The position numbers and the translations under genes are program-made. The notes beneath the pieces are model-generated. The model saw only the letters and a program-made list of their open reading frames with translations, was not told the DNA's origin and did not search any database. Positions 25,701 to 40,032 of a DNA stretch of 64,000 bases are shown here, in pieces. Every line of letters starts with the position of its first letter. Within the stretch, counting starts at the first letter, position 1. This DNA comes from the human T2T-CHM13v2.0 reference genome, Homo sapiens. The stretch lies in the NCBI RefSeq assembly GCF_009914755.1, contig NC_060941.1; one strand, 5' to 3'.

Positions 25701-28700
25701 CTGCCAGCCACTTGGAGTGACGCTGGCATCAAGACCCAGTTCTGCTGGGCATGATTCAGCTTGGCTGCTCCCTGGGGCAAGTGAGCTGAGGAGGAAGGAG
25801 TGGCCGCCCCTCATTAAGCAGAAACTTTGGGCTGAAAGGGGGAGGGGCCAGGGAATGAGGGCGAAGGAGCCCCACCGGCCAGAGCGAGTGCCCTACCCAC
25901 AGTCAGCCCCTGCTGAACTCAGGGCTGTCACAGAGCCTGGAACAGAGCTGGAGGTGGGCGGGCAGGGGGCCCACTGGCACTCCCGCCACCGCCTCTCACC
26001 CAACTGAGTCAGCCTAATGGTTTTTACAACCCTCCCTGGGCACAATTACCACACTGGTGGCATGACCAGGCCTCCTAATGGGTGTTTATTCTATTGGCAC
26101 GAGCACCCCCCCCCACTGCCTGAGGGCTGGCCTCCCCACCAGGGCACGCCCCCTGGGCACACTCATGCAAACACTCACACCCACACATCATACGATCATG
26201 GCTACCCACAGTCACACCCAGAGAGACTTTCTCACACACAGCCATCCTCACAGTCGAGGAATTCATGGACCCATGAAGGAGTATCCAGGAGACGTTGCTT
26301 ATGCCAGGATGACACACTTAGGGACGTATGCACATGCTCATACGCACTGTCCCTTCATATACCAAACCCACTTAGACACACAAACATATGTGCAATGCAC
26401 ACACCGCACACACCCAAACACTCACCAACCTCGCCCATCTTTCTTTTCTCCCAAGTTAGTCCCAGAGGGGATAAGGCAGACCCAGGAGAGGAGCATTCTT
26501 CCCCTAATTCCCCTGTCTAAAGCCAGCCACAAGACCTCAGAGTAATGAGTCCCCCTTCCACAGAGGGGTCCAAGCACAGGCATGGAGACCCAGTGGGGAG
26601 TGGCTCAGCTTCAGATGGGAGAGTGTTGTGGGTCAGAAGGCCTCTGTAGCGCCCACCAGCCCTGGCTTTCCGAATCACCTCGGCAGTCCTCTGAGGGGTC
26701 AGGAAGGGATGCGGGTGGGATGAAGGCAGATTTGAGATGAAAATAACTTGGGGTCAAGGTTCCTGTTCACCCGTCCCCTACCACCAAAGGGTACCAAGCA
26801 AGGGATGGGTGCTGAGGAGGACAACAAGCCCCAGAGTGGGCGGCAGCTCTGTGCCCAGAGGAGAAACAGGAGTGTTCTAGAACCCAGACCTGAAGCCCGC
26901 TCTGGCTTCCTGAGCCTGGCCTGAATGCTTGTCTTGCTCTGTTCCGGCAGACAGCACCCGATGGCTGGAAGAATTCTGTCCGGCACAACCTATCCCTCAA
27001 CAAGTGCTTCGAGAAGGTGGAGAACAAATCAGGAAGTTCCTCCCGCAAGGGCTGCCTGTGGGCCCTCAATCCGGCCAAGATCGACAAGATGCAAGAGGAG
27101 CTGCAAAAATGGAAGAGGAAAGATCCCATTGCTGTGCGCAAAAGCATGGCCAAGCCAGGTGAGGCCGGCCGGGCCACGCAAGGAAGGGCCCAGGGTACTC
27201 ATGAGCCAAAAAAAAAAAAAAGAGAGAATCAGAGAATGAGGCAAGGCCCCGAGTAAGGGTTCCAGTCTGGGGAAGACTGTGGAGGAGGGAGGTCTCATGG
27301 TGTTCTTTCTCTCTTGGGCCTTTCAGAAGAGCTGGACAGCCTCATTGGAGACAAGAGAGAAAAGCTGGGCTCCCCACTCCTGGGCTGTCCGCCCCCTGGG
27401 CTGTCCGGCTCAGGCCCCATCCGGCCCCTGGCACCCCCAGCTGGCCTCTCCCCACCACTGCACTCACTCCACCCAGCTCCAGGCCCCATTCCTGGCAAGA
27501 ACCCCCTGCAGGACCTACTTATGGGGCACACACCCTCCTGCTATGGGCAGACATACTTGCACCTCTCACCAGGCCTGGCCCCTCCTGGACCCCCGCAGCC
27601 ATTGTTCCCACAGCCGGACGGGCACCTTGAGCTGCGGGCCCAGCCAGGCACCCCCCAGGACTCGCCTCTGCCTGCCCACACCCCACCCAGCCACAGTGCC
27701 AAGCTACTGGCCGAGCCTTCCCCAGCCAGGACTATGCACGACACCCTGCTGCCAGATGGAGACCTTGGCACTGACCTGGATGCCATCAATCCCTCACTCA
27801 CTGACTTCGACTTCCAGGGTGAGCTGGGGGTGGGAAAGGGAAGGTGGGACAGGACTGGAGAGGAGCACCTGGCAGTGGGACTCATCTTCTCCAAGTCTCC
27901 AGACTGCAGCCTGCAAGTGGCTGGGTTTCTGGTCAACTGAAGCAGAGGAGGCTGGACCTGGCAGGGGGAGCTTCCCACTTGCTCTCTGCCATCCAGAGAA
28001 TGGGGAAAGAGGGATGTCCTTGCCCCTGTCTCCCTCCTCCTGGTGCTCCAAACATGGTCCAACTGACCTCATCATCAAACCACTCTTGGCAGGGCACAGT
28101 GGCTCACGCCTGTAATCCCAGCACTCTGGGAGGCTGAGGTGGGCAGATCACCTGAGGTCAGGCATTCGAGACCAGCTTGGCCAACATGGAGAAACACTGT
28201 CTCTATTTAAAAATGCAAAAATTAGCTGGGCATGGTGGCATGCACCTGTAATCCCAGCTACTCGAGGCTAGAGAATCACTTGAACCCGGGAGGCGGAGGT
28301 TGCAGTGAGCCAAGATCGTGCCACTGCACTCCAGCCTGAGTGACAGAGCGAGACTCCGCCTCAAAAACAAACAAACAAAAAAACCACTCTCAGCTCTGGA
28401 GAGACTGCAAAGGGCTCCGTGTTCTATTCTATACTCGATTGTGAGTGACCAGTAGTCTGAACATTCTCAGATGCATTTGCATTTTATCAGAGTTCATCTT
28501 CTAAAGCAGAAGGAGAGAGACTCTACCCTAGAGGAAGAGTCTCAGAGCTGGGCAAGTCCTGGAGAGATTTGGAGATAGGAGTTTGGGGAGGGTTCTACCC
28601 ATTCCACTCCATCTTGGCTGCTCCGTCTCTGCAGATGGCTAAGCCCACCCATTCCCGTCTAAATTCCAGTGCATCCCAGGCCCTGATACTGGCCACAGGA

Positions 28701-30056
28701 GGTTTGGAACGGGGTGACGACCCAGGCCTCAGACTCTGTGTGCACAGGGGTGGGGGACATTCACAAGCTGATGGAGGCAGCCTGTCCTCAGAGAGCTCCC
28801 AACCCGATGGGGAGACAACCCAGGTTTAGGAAGCTATTAGAAAAGTGCACATAGATCCTCAGCCCAGTCCAGAAGTGGGGAGCAGGGCTCAATCAGCCTC
28901 AGAGGAAGCTATAGACATGTGGGATACGAAAAACATTTACTTGATCCCCTGCTAGGCATCAGGCATCAGGCTGGCTGCTCTCTATGTGCTTTCTCATCTG
29001 GGCCTAGAGGATAGGAAGGATTATTAAACCTGCTTCATGGAAGCACACAGAGGCTTGAGAACTTACTCTAGGTCACTTAGCTAGAAAGAGGGAGAGTTGG
29101 GACTGGAACCCAGGCAGCCAAATCCAATCCAGGGTTTAGTCAGGCCCTCTCTCTCCAGAGCTTGCAGCCTGGATACCCAGTGCAGGAGCCCCAGGCCCTG
29201 GTCAGCCATGATGAGGGTCCACAGGTGGCAGCACTGTTTGCTCCTCGGACTCAGGTGTGCATCCTGGCTCTGCTCCCATTCCCTGGGCCCTGCAGTGGAG
29301 GAGACCCAGGGAGCCATGCCCATCCATCCCATTAGGTCCAGAGTACACTGCCGGAAGCTGCTTGATCTGGGCTGCAAATCTACCTTCCTTGGGAGACTGG
29401 GCATGAGCCAGGGTTCACTCCCAAGTGCACAACATTGGCATCCATGCTGTCAGCCTGTCAGCAGGCATCAACCCCTCCCCAATGCCCACCCCCCAAAAAG
29501 AACCACAGAGGTCATCTAGATCGACGGCTTTCAGATTGTGCTACACGGGAGGAGGAATCTGAGGCTGAGAGGTTCAGCAACTGCCTGGGGTCACAAGCTA
29601 GTGCCAGGCTCTGTTCCCAGCACATGTCACCCTGACCCCTGCTCTCTGCAGCATGTGAAGATTGACAGGGAGGAGGGGCCAGACAGGGCTCCTCCGGTGC
29701 CTCCCAGTGACACCTGTTCTCTCCTTCCCCATCTAGGAAACCTGTGGGAACAGTTGAAGGATGATAGCTTGGCCCTCGACCCCCTGGTACTGGTGACCTC
29801 ATCCCCGACATCATCTTCGATGCCACCACCCCAGCCACCACCTCACTGCTTCCCCCCTGGGCCCTGTCTGACAGAGACAGGCAGTGGGGCAGGTGACTTG
29901 GCAGCCCCGGGCAGTGGTGGCTCCGGGGCACTGGGTGACCTGCACCTCACCACCCTCTACTCTGCCTTTATGGAGCTGGAGCCCACGCCCCCCACGGCCC
30001 CTGCAGGCCCCTCTGTGTACCTCAGCCCCAGCTCCAAGCCCGTGGCCCTGGCATGA
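16586..30056 (+). CDS. FOXN1: FOXN1 forkhead box N1 (winged-helix nude), spliced CDS span, 8 coding exons, 648 aa
   Basis: Exons of 123+465+111+131+97+208+492+320 = 1947 nt join in frame via GT-AG; [11 protein letters not shown] start, forkhead domain [14 protein letters not shown]...[19 protein letters not shown], ends SKPVALA*. Confidence 0.98.
17122..17586 (+). CDS. FOXN1: FOXN1 coding exon 2
   Basis: acceptor CCCAG|[12 protein letters not shown]...HGPQVL, donor GTGAGT. Confidence 0.96.
19870..19980 (+). CDS. FOXN1: FOXN1 coding exon 3
   Basis: CAGCAG acceptor, GSEVKVKPP...QPPFHQ, donor GTGGGT. Confidence 0.95.
21714..21844 (+). CDS. FOXN1: FOXN1 coding exon 4 (start of forkhead domain)
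   Basis: CTCAG|[17 protein letters not shown]...FPKPIYSY, donor GTACAT. Confidence 0.96.
22651..22820 (+). mobile_element. 5'-truncated primate L1 (L1PA-type 3'UTR) inserted into a MIR
   Basis: G-rich 3'UTR, TATACCTATGTAACAAACCTGCACGT...CCCAGAACTTAAAGTATAATAAAAA. Confidence 0.9.
22995..23180 (-). mobile_element. MIR
   Basis: GAGGAAACTGAGGTTCAGAGAGGGTAAG...CCCAAGGTCACACAGC. Confidence 0.8.
23369..23465 (+). CDS. FOXN1: FOXN1 coding exon 5 (forkhead domain)
   Basis: [36 protein letters not shown] flanks. Confidence 0.97.
26951..27158 (+). CDS. FOXN1: FOXN1 coding exon 6 (forkhead recognition helix and wing)
   Basis: [26 protein letters not shown]...SMAKP, AG/GT flanks. Confidence 0.97.
27327..27818 (+). 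CDS. FOXN1: FOXN1 coding exon 7 (proline-rich region, start of acidic activation domain)
   Basis: [10 protein letters not shown]...[17 protein letters not shown] acceptor, GTGAGC donor. Confidence 0.96.
28088..28383 (+). mobile_element. Alu (AluS-like), TSD AAACCACTCT
   Basis: Full dimer with TSD. Confidence 0.93.
29737..30056 (+). CDS. FOXN1: FOXN1 last coding exon
   Basis: [16 protein letters not shown]...SKPVALA, TGA 30054-30056. Confidence 0.96.
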
Positions 30057-30959
30057 GCTGTGCCCAGCTTCGTCAGCTCCAGCGTTTGCCTGGTCTGGAA
30101 GTCCTGGCCGGCCGCCCACATCGGGCTCACCTTAAAGGTCAAGGAAGGAAAATACTACCTGTCCCCTATGCCACTAAGCCAACGTGTGTGTCAGCTGGTA
30201 GCTGGGGGCGCAGAGGACATCACCTGGGGTGCTGCCTCTCACACATTTCTGCCACGTGGTGGCCCAGCTCCTCACCCAGGGCCCCCAAAGAGCAAGCGTC
30301 TGGGCAAGAGGAAAATGCCCTGTCCCTAGCTCACACTCATCCACACTTAAGCCCTCGTGCACACACACAAATTATTCAGATGTACACCCACCCACATATC
30401 TTACAGCCAGAGGAACCAGCACTCCATCACTGAGAGCCCGACTTCGTTTCTGGGGCAACTGAGAGCTGAGCGCTTTGCTTACCAAAAGCTCAGGGCCCTG
30501 TGCCAGGCCAAAGATCCCCCCAGACCCCCATTCTGACATCCACATGCTCTGCAGTCCTGGCCCCCTCGTCATTTTCTTTCCCAGAAGCGCCCTGTATTTA
30601 TTCCCCCATCTTCATCCCAACAGCCCAGCAAGAAGGAGGAGACAGAGAGCTCCTCCCTGGGTTGTCTGTGGACCCCCCCAGGAGCTGCTAATTGGCAGCA
30701 CCCACTCAGCCATTCTCTACCCATCCTTAGTACATGCTCTGTCCAGCTTTCCCCAGGGTGACATACAGAAGGGGCAACATCTACCCGGGCACCAAACTGA
30801 GCCCAATTCCGAAGCAGTGTTTGGAAAAGCCCTTGCCCTCGGAAACTTGAACATGTCCTTTTTCCCCAGTCCCGGGTGCAGGAAGGGCCCCCTCCAGGTC
30901 ACCACAATCTCACTCCTCCTCCAGAAAGAAAAGTTCACATAGTTTAGGTCCTGGCTTAA

Positions 30960-31179
30960 CTCTACTTATGATGGTTCAACTTACACTTTTTCAACTTTAA
31001 GATGGTGCAAAAGCAATACACATTCAGTATGTTCCTCGACTTAGGATGCGGTTATGTCCGATAAACCCATTGTAAATTGAAACCACCGAAAGTCAAAAAC
31101 CACTTTCGACTTACGATGTTTCCCACTCACGATGGGTTTCTCCGGATGTAGCCCCATCATAAGTTGAGGAGCACCTGTT
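30960..31179. mobile_element. MER47/Tigger5-family DNA-transposon fossil in the FOXN1 3'UTR
   Basis: Repeated GACTTACGATG motifs and CCCCATC.TAAGT.GAGGAGCA.CTG terminus. Confidence 0.75.
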
Positions 31180-31491
31180 AGTTACTTCCAACTGTCTCAG
31201 GCAACCTGGGCATTCAGGAGAAAAGCCTGGCACAGGGTGACAGGGAAGCACCCATGCAAAGCACCCCCGCTTTGACTGCTTGGCAGACCTAGGGTGCCCG
31301 GGAAGCACAAGGGATACCCTTGGCCCTGCGGGGTGTGGCCCAGGTGCCTGCCATGAGCCTGACCCCATCGAGGGGGAACCTCAGCCCACCCTGGGCCTGG
31401 GGGTGACAAGAACTTCCACAGGTTGGCCCCAGGCTTATAGGAGGCATAAGCAGATCCCGCGATGGCTTGTCATTGTCCCCTGTCCTGGAAC

Positions 31492-31497
31492 AATAAA
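31492..31497 (+). terminator. FOXN1: Probable FOXN1 polyadenylation signal AATAAA
   Basis: Canonical AATAAA ~1.44 kb after the stop codon, followed by GT/T-rich sequence. Confidence 0.7.
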
Positions 31498-32192
31498 GCA
31501 AGTGCCTTGTGGTCTCACTACCAAGCTTTCATTTCTGGCCCCTCTCCCTAAGCAAAATGGCCAGGCCACACTGATGGCAGATGCCCTGGGCCTGTGACGT
31601 CCCTGTCACCCTCACCCAGAACTAGGAAGTTTCTAATCCAAAGAGTGAGGCATCTAGGAAAACTTCTTGACCCACTGGGGAGGCTGAGGAGCAGGTGAGC
31701 AGGGCCTCTTCCCAGGAGAACTTCCAAAGAGATGCAGGGAAGAGGCTGCCCTGGCCAGAGGAATGGAGGGGATGCCCTCCCCCAGACCCCTTGCCTCTGA
31801 GGTCTGCCCACTCCCTCTTTGCACCCCCATCTCCTCACACAAGAAGGAGTTGCTGCCCTGTCCAAACTGTGCCTTTCTGCTTCCAATCTGTCCCTGGCTG
31901 AAAGAGATGCCAAGTGGTTTGGGGCCCTGAGTTCCACAGGTGACAAAATGGAGCATGCCCTGGTGCTGTGTGCACTGCTGGTCCTGGAGAGTGGTCTCTG
32001 GATGGTCAGGGGCTCACTCAGTCCCACTTCAGACTCACCCCCTAGGTGTCACCTCCAGGTGGGGTTGGTGTCACCGCAGCACTGTCTCAAGAGAGATGGG
32101 GCAGATGTGGGAGCCAAAAGCACATACATGATCCCCAGGTCCCAGAGCAGCCACAAGTGGTGTCTCTGCTTAGAAAGCTCTTCTTGGATGAA

Positions 32193-32891
<699 letters not shown>

Positions 32892-33362
32892 CTACCCCAG
32901 CACCCGCCCCAGCAGAGGCTGGAAGGCTAGATGCAGGGCTGGTGGGCTGAGGTAGGATAGGGAGTGGGGAAGGCATGGCCAGCGGGTGCACCCAAGAGGA
33001 AGGCCCACCTGCCCCAGCCTGGCCCTGGCTGTGTAGGAAGCAGGTGCAGGCTCTTTGCCAAGACCTCAGGCGATGTTGCACACCAGCTCTGTCCAACCCT
33101 GGGCCTGTGTCTTGATGACATCCAGGCCCCCAAACACAGGGCAAATGTTTCCTGGGAGAATCCTATTGGGACCCATTTGCTTGCCTCGGGTCCTGAGACT
33201 CTGAGAGCTCAGACAAACCTGCCTTATATACCCAGGCTAGGCCATCTCCTCCAGGAGACCCTCTGTCAAAACTCTGGCCAGTGGGCACATTCAGCACACC
33301 TGTGTGTGAACTGGCCCCTAATGCAAGAAGACAGGTAGCAAGCAGGTAGGACTTGGGTCTAG

Positions 33363-33365
<3 letters not shown>

Positions 33366-33430
<65 letters not shown>
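33366..33430. repeat. Compound (TG)n(GA)n microsatellite
   Basis: Visible. Confidence 0.95.
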
Positions 33431-33431
<1 letters not shown>

Positions 33432-33566
33432 TAACCAGGCCCTCAGACTTTTTTTAACTGGGCCTCAGTTCCACCCTGAAATGAGCCCCACACTCCCACT
33501 CATATGCTGCCCCCTGCTGGCCACCCCATACCAAGCATATAGCCATTATTAGAGTGAGCAACCATC

Positions 33567-33842
33567 TTTTTAATTTTATTTTTCTAAGTAAATATGGGGT
33601 CTCGCGATGTTACCCAGGCTAGTTTTGAACTCCTGAGCTCAAGTGATCCTCCCACTTCAGCCTCTGTTAGGTGCTGGGATTACAGGCGTGGGCCACCGCA
33701 CCCACCTAATGTTTGTATTTTTTGTAGAGGTAGGGTCTCACTATGTTGCCCAGGCTGGTTTCAAATTCCTAGGCTCAAACAACGCCACCTCCTTGGCCTC
33801 CCTAAGTGCTAGGATTACAGGCATGAGCTACCACACCTGGCC
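33567..33842 (-). mobile_element. Old Alu (AluJ-like)
   Basis: Antisense Alu, flanking AG(A/G)GTGAGCAAC repeat. Confidence 0.85.
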
Positions 33843-34179
33843 AGGGTGAGCAACAATTTGTCTGAATGGATGCAGCGTCTTCAAGTCCGTTATTTGGAGG
33901 GAATTAATCCTTTTGCTCAGGGATTCTAAATGTGAGAGATCTCAAATGGATTAGAATTCCCAGGTCAGGAACTTGCATGAAAAAGTTACATCTTCATTTT
34001 CTCTCATCCTTACCTGAAATCTAGAATTTCCCTCTATTGTGAATGTCAGCAACAAATCACACTAGCATTGGCAATACCTGTGACTTTGTCAATAGAAATC
34101 ACAGATATTTTGTAATTGTATTATAGATAGTACAAAATATGTACAAATATATACACATGCACACACATATACACACACA

Positions 34180-34855
<676 letters not shown>

Positions 34856-34875
34856 GATACACACACACACACACA

Positions 34876-35175
34876 CAGTCATCTCACAGTGGTTCCAGGG
34901 CCTCCCACAAATTCCAAAATCCATGAATGTGCAAGTAAGTCCCTGATATAAAATGATGGAGTATTTGCATATAACCTACACACATCCTCCCGTATACTTT
35001 AAATCATCTCTAGATTACTTATAATACTTAATACAATGTAAATCCTTTGTCAATCATTGTTATACTGTACTATTTAAGGACTAATGACAAGACAAATGTC
35101 TGCACATATTCAGTACAGACATTTCTGATGCACAGTTGGCTGAATTCACAGATGCGGAACCTATGGCCAATTGTA
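34876..35175 (+). mobile_element. MER2 (TcMar-Tigger)
   Basis: GTATTTGCATATAACCTACACACATCCTCCCGTATACTTTAAATCATCTCTAGATTACTTATAATAC. Confidence 0.8.
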
Positions 35176-35207
35176 TATAGTTTTTAATACATAAAATAAA
35201 TAGGATA

Positions 35208-35549
<342 letters not shown>

Positions 35550-35628
35550 CTAAAATCCTTTTTATTGTCCATAGGCTTTAGCAGACTGACAACAAGAGAG
35601 TCTGTGACACATAGAAAAGTAAAGCAAG

Positions 35629-35909
35629 GGGCTGGGCCTGTAATCCCAGTAGTTTGAGAGGCAAAGGCAGAAGGATTGCTTAAGCACAGGAGTTCGAGAC
35701 CAGACTGGGCAACATGGCAAAACCCTATCTCTACAAAAAATTAGCTGGGTATGGTGGCACATGTAGCTTGTGTAGTCTCAGCTACTTGGGAGACGAGGTA
35801 GGAGGATTGCTTAGGCCCAGGAGTTTGAGGCTGCAGTGAGCCGTGATTGTGCCACTGGACTCTGGCCTGGACAACAGAGCGAGACCCTGACTCAAAAAAA
35901 AAAAAAAAA
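35629..35909 (+). mobile_element. AluJ-like
   Basis: Dimer with J-type GAGGCTGCAGTGAGC. Confidence 0.85.
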
Positions 35910-36176
35910 GGGTAATGTCCTTGCTTTAGTTGCCAGATGGTGGGGAAGTGGAGGGTGACTCTTAGGGGAGGGGCCAGGCTAGGGCGGCCTGGGACAGCAG
36001 CTTTTTAACAGCTGGAAGGGAAGATCTTAGTATTTTAACCACTGGTTTGGCAGTCCCAGTGAGCACCTTGCCGGCCAGCCCAGGAGGGCACGAGCTGTGG
36101 GTTTCCCTGTGGTACTTGGGCTTTCCTTCTCTACCCAGGGGCAGGATCCTCATGACACCCCTAAAGAGTCAAAGCA

Positions 36177-36512
<336 letters not shown>

Positions 36513-37559
36513 TCAAAGCAAAAATGACTGGCCCATTTCAGAGACAAAAGGGAATTGCCCCTTCAAGGTCAACAGCTCATCAACATCAGAGCCAAGACTA
36601 GCCCCACCTCCACCCTGTCTTCCTCCCAGGCAGCCTCTAGGTTCCTAGGGACAGTGCCAGGAACTAAATGCAGCAAGATGTACCATTTGCAATAGGACTA
36701 GTGCCAGAGGCATGAAGACTTAAAAGAAGGCATGGGGCCAAGGCTTTTCCCAACCTAGGCTCCTCCAAGCCCAAGGAACGCAGGCCTCTTTTCAAGGTGA
36801 GTGCCAACTGGGTGCCTACTTCAGAGATGAGAACCTCAGAATAGGGACCCTCCTCTCTCTCTGAAGATGGAAGTGCAGCAGGCCCAATCTAGAACCTCAA
36901 CCCAGTTTTACTTAGCAGCTGCAGTGAGTAGAACTATTATCAGGGTATTGGGAAAAGGTCCTCTTCCTTGCTATACCTTCTCTGCAGACTTGTAACCCCA
37001 TAAACTACAACAGCAAAATCACCCCTATACTGGCCTTTCTTTCATACCTGTACAGCCTCATCTGCAAACAAATCCCTCCCTTCCACATTCTTGTCCTCAT
37101 TCTCCTTCTTTACCTTTGTGGCAACTGATAGTTCCTGCCCACTTGCTTTGTGATGAAATTCTTTCCTCCAAAACATGGCTCTGCTCCCACCTCCCTGGAG
37201 GCTCACTCCTCCTGTCTCCATTGTTTCCTTTCCTTCCGCCCTGCTCTCAAACACTGGCCTTCCCTAAGGTGATACATTCTCGTTCAGGCACCCTCAATTA
37301 GGGGATGGGGATTTGTATTATAATAGCATTGTTTGGGAGAATCCCAGTAATTGCAGGACATTTGGCATTCCTAAATAACAAGAGTGTCAGTGGAGGACCC
37401 CATGATCTCAGCCACCATCATAGCTTCAGAAATCACCTTGTGGCCGATGGCCTCGACAATCACCACCTCCAGCCCTTATTCCCCTCCTGGTCTTAGGGCC
37501 CACCTTTCCTGTCTTCTGGTAATTTCCTCCATGCCACAGCATGTCCCAGTCTGAAGTCA

Positions 37560-38460
37560 CCCTCTCCTGCTGGCATCCACCTTGATCCAACCTGCATTCC
37601 CAAACCCAGTGATGGCACCTGTAGCTACCCCAGCACCCAGGCCACAAACCAGGCAGTCAGCCTCACCTCCTCCCTCTCTCCAACCCACTCATCCAATCAG
37701 CCACCACTCCTGAGGATCTCACCTCTTAAAAATATCAGTTTCACCTGTTTCTCTCCATCTTTGAGGATACTGACCTAATTCAGTTTCTCTTTCTCTCTCA
37801 CCAGATTCCTGCAGCACCCTCCTCATCCTCACTGCCCCCCTGCCTTTAGTATGGTAGTGCATGGAGCCGGACTGCCTGGATTCAAGTCCTGGCTCTGCCA
37901 CTTCATAGCTGTGCAACGTTGGCTGGGTACATTAACCTCTCTGGACCTACATTTTCTGTAAAATGGGCATCATAATAGTGCCTTCCTCAGAAATGACCAT
38001 GTTTATGAGTTAACACATGTAGAGCACCCAGCCTGGCACTCAGTAAATCTTGGCTATTAGTGTCATTCTTTCCAATCCACCATTCACTCAGCAGCCAGAG
38101 ATAATCTGACCAGGTCATGCCCACTTAATCCTCCACAGGGGCTCCCCACTTCTCAGAAGCCCTGCTCCTAAGGCTCTGCCAATCTGTCTTCTTTTCACAT
38201 CATATTGACTCTTGAACACACCTAGGCTTATGCCCATAATCCTGGCACTTTGGGAGGCCAAGGCAGGAAAATCCCTTGAGCCCAGGAGTTTGAGAGGGAG
38301 ACCCCATCTCAAATAAATAAGTAAACAAACAAACAAACACCTGACAAATCTTGCCTCTGAGCCTTTGTTTATGCTGTTCCCTGTGCCTAAGCACTCTTCC
38401 CCATCAATTTCCATCACAAGCACCTGCTCCAGTGCTACCTCCTCTAAAAATCCTCCCCAG
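37560..38460. mobile_element. Degenerate L2-like fragments with an inserted MIR (~37845-38060) and an Alu fragment (~38222-38340)
   Basis: MIR core CTGTAAAATGGG; pyrimidine-rich L2-like flanks. Confidence 0.55.
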
Positions 38461-39347
38461 AACCCTCCACACAGAACGACTCTGATTCTTGCTCTCCGTG
38501 TCCCCAGTCCTTTTTTTTTCCCTAGGGACGAGTATGTGTTCCTTGTGTCTCACTCATTTCAGAATTCCCAGAATTCAGTGCAGATCCTAGCTCCACCCCA
38601 CTTCCCCCAGCAAGGGCTTCACAGAATCAAGCTGAATGCCAGCACTTCTGGGCCTCCTAGGGCCAGAGCTCCTCAGCCCAGAGGGTGCGTCAGCTCTGGG
38701 CATATCTGAAGGAGGGCCTGAAACTGTAGGGTGTGCTCTCTGCCCACCTCAGTTCCTGAATTTCCTCCATTAAGCAGCCCCCTCCTCTGAGTCTGGGGTG
38801 GGGGTGGAGGCTGAGGGCAGTGTTATGTGCAGGGCTACCCAGGCATGGGGGCTCCCCAAGGCAGCTGAGGGCAAGGAGATGGCTCCAGGCCTTAGCCAAA
38901 GCCCTGCCACCGTCTATCATGAGGGCTAAAAACACAACCCAGTGGTCCTAGTGGCCTCTGGGGTTCAGGGAAGGTAGCGTGGAGGACAAGGCCAAACCCC
39001 CACCCCCCACACCTTCCCCTTGCACCCTGGAGTTCAGGGCCTTTGTTTCGGCCTCTGTTCTGCCAGGGTTGGCTCTGACTTTGGGCCAAAGCTTCCCCTC
39101 TCAGGGTCTGGGTCTCCTTCATCACAAGAAAGACCCTCTCCAGCTCCATCATGTTCTAAATGCTGACTCTATATGGTGTCAGGGTACAGAGAATCAGGGG
39201 ACAGGAAGACTAAGGGGTGAGAGTGCACTGGAATGTGGGAGGTAGGAGAAATTTTTACTGCCTTAAGCACATTCCTGCCTATCCCTGCTCCCTTCTTTGC
39301 CCATACACACAGAGGCTGGCCACACCAGAGAACAGAAAAGGAAAAAG

Positions 39348-39353
39348 TTTATT
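39348..39353 (-). terminator. UNC119: UNC119 polyadenylation signal AATAAA
   Basis: TTTATT on + strand ~570 nt after the stop codon. Confidence 0.75.
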
Positions 39354-39919
39354 GAAAACTATATACAGTTGGTCCAGCTCCTACCATGGGCTGCAATCTC
39401 AGCCAGTCCCTCCCACACCTTAGGCAGTGTCTTGGCCCCTCATGGGGAGGGATGGGGCTAGGCCTAGGGCCCAGACTCCCTTGGGTGGCTTGGCAGCTGG
39501 AGCCCACCGTGGATCTTTGTAAATTTACAACTCTAAATGGCCTGAAGGTAGTGGGCAGGGGACAGGGAATGGATCCCTGCCTGATCTAGTCACAGCCTTG
39601 ATAGGGGAACACTATTCTGAAACTTGGGCCCAAGTAGGGCCCAGCTAAGTTGTCCGGAAGTCCTGACTGCTCCTCTCACAGGCCTTCCTAGACGTGGAGG
39701 CAAACAGCCTCCCTACGACCCCACCCCATGTAGCAGGCCGCATGGGCTTCATGGGCTTGACTGGGGACACCAGGTACCCTTCCTCCCAACATTGACTCAG
39801 GGTCCGGAGCTCCTGGAGAACTCCCCAAGCAGAGGACTTGGGGTTGAGGGGTGAGCGTTGGGGAGGTCACAGCTCCCAGCCCAGAACTGGAGCCTCCTGG
39901 GGTCAGGGCAGCCGTGGGG

Positions 39920-40032
39920 TCAGGGTGTCCCGCTGTAGGAATAGTCTGCTTTATTGTGCATCACCAGCCGGTCATCCACGAAGTAGAAGCTGTCAGACTG
40001 GGTCTCATACGGGTGGCGGATCATCTCGCTGA
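39920..40032 (-). CDS. UNC119: UNC119 exon 5 coding part
   Basis: [36 protein letters not shown]. Confidence 0.96.
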
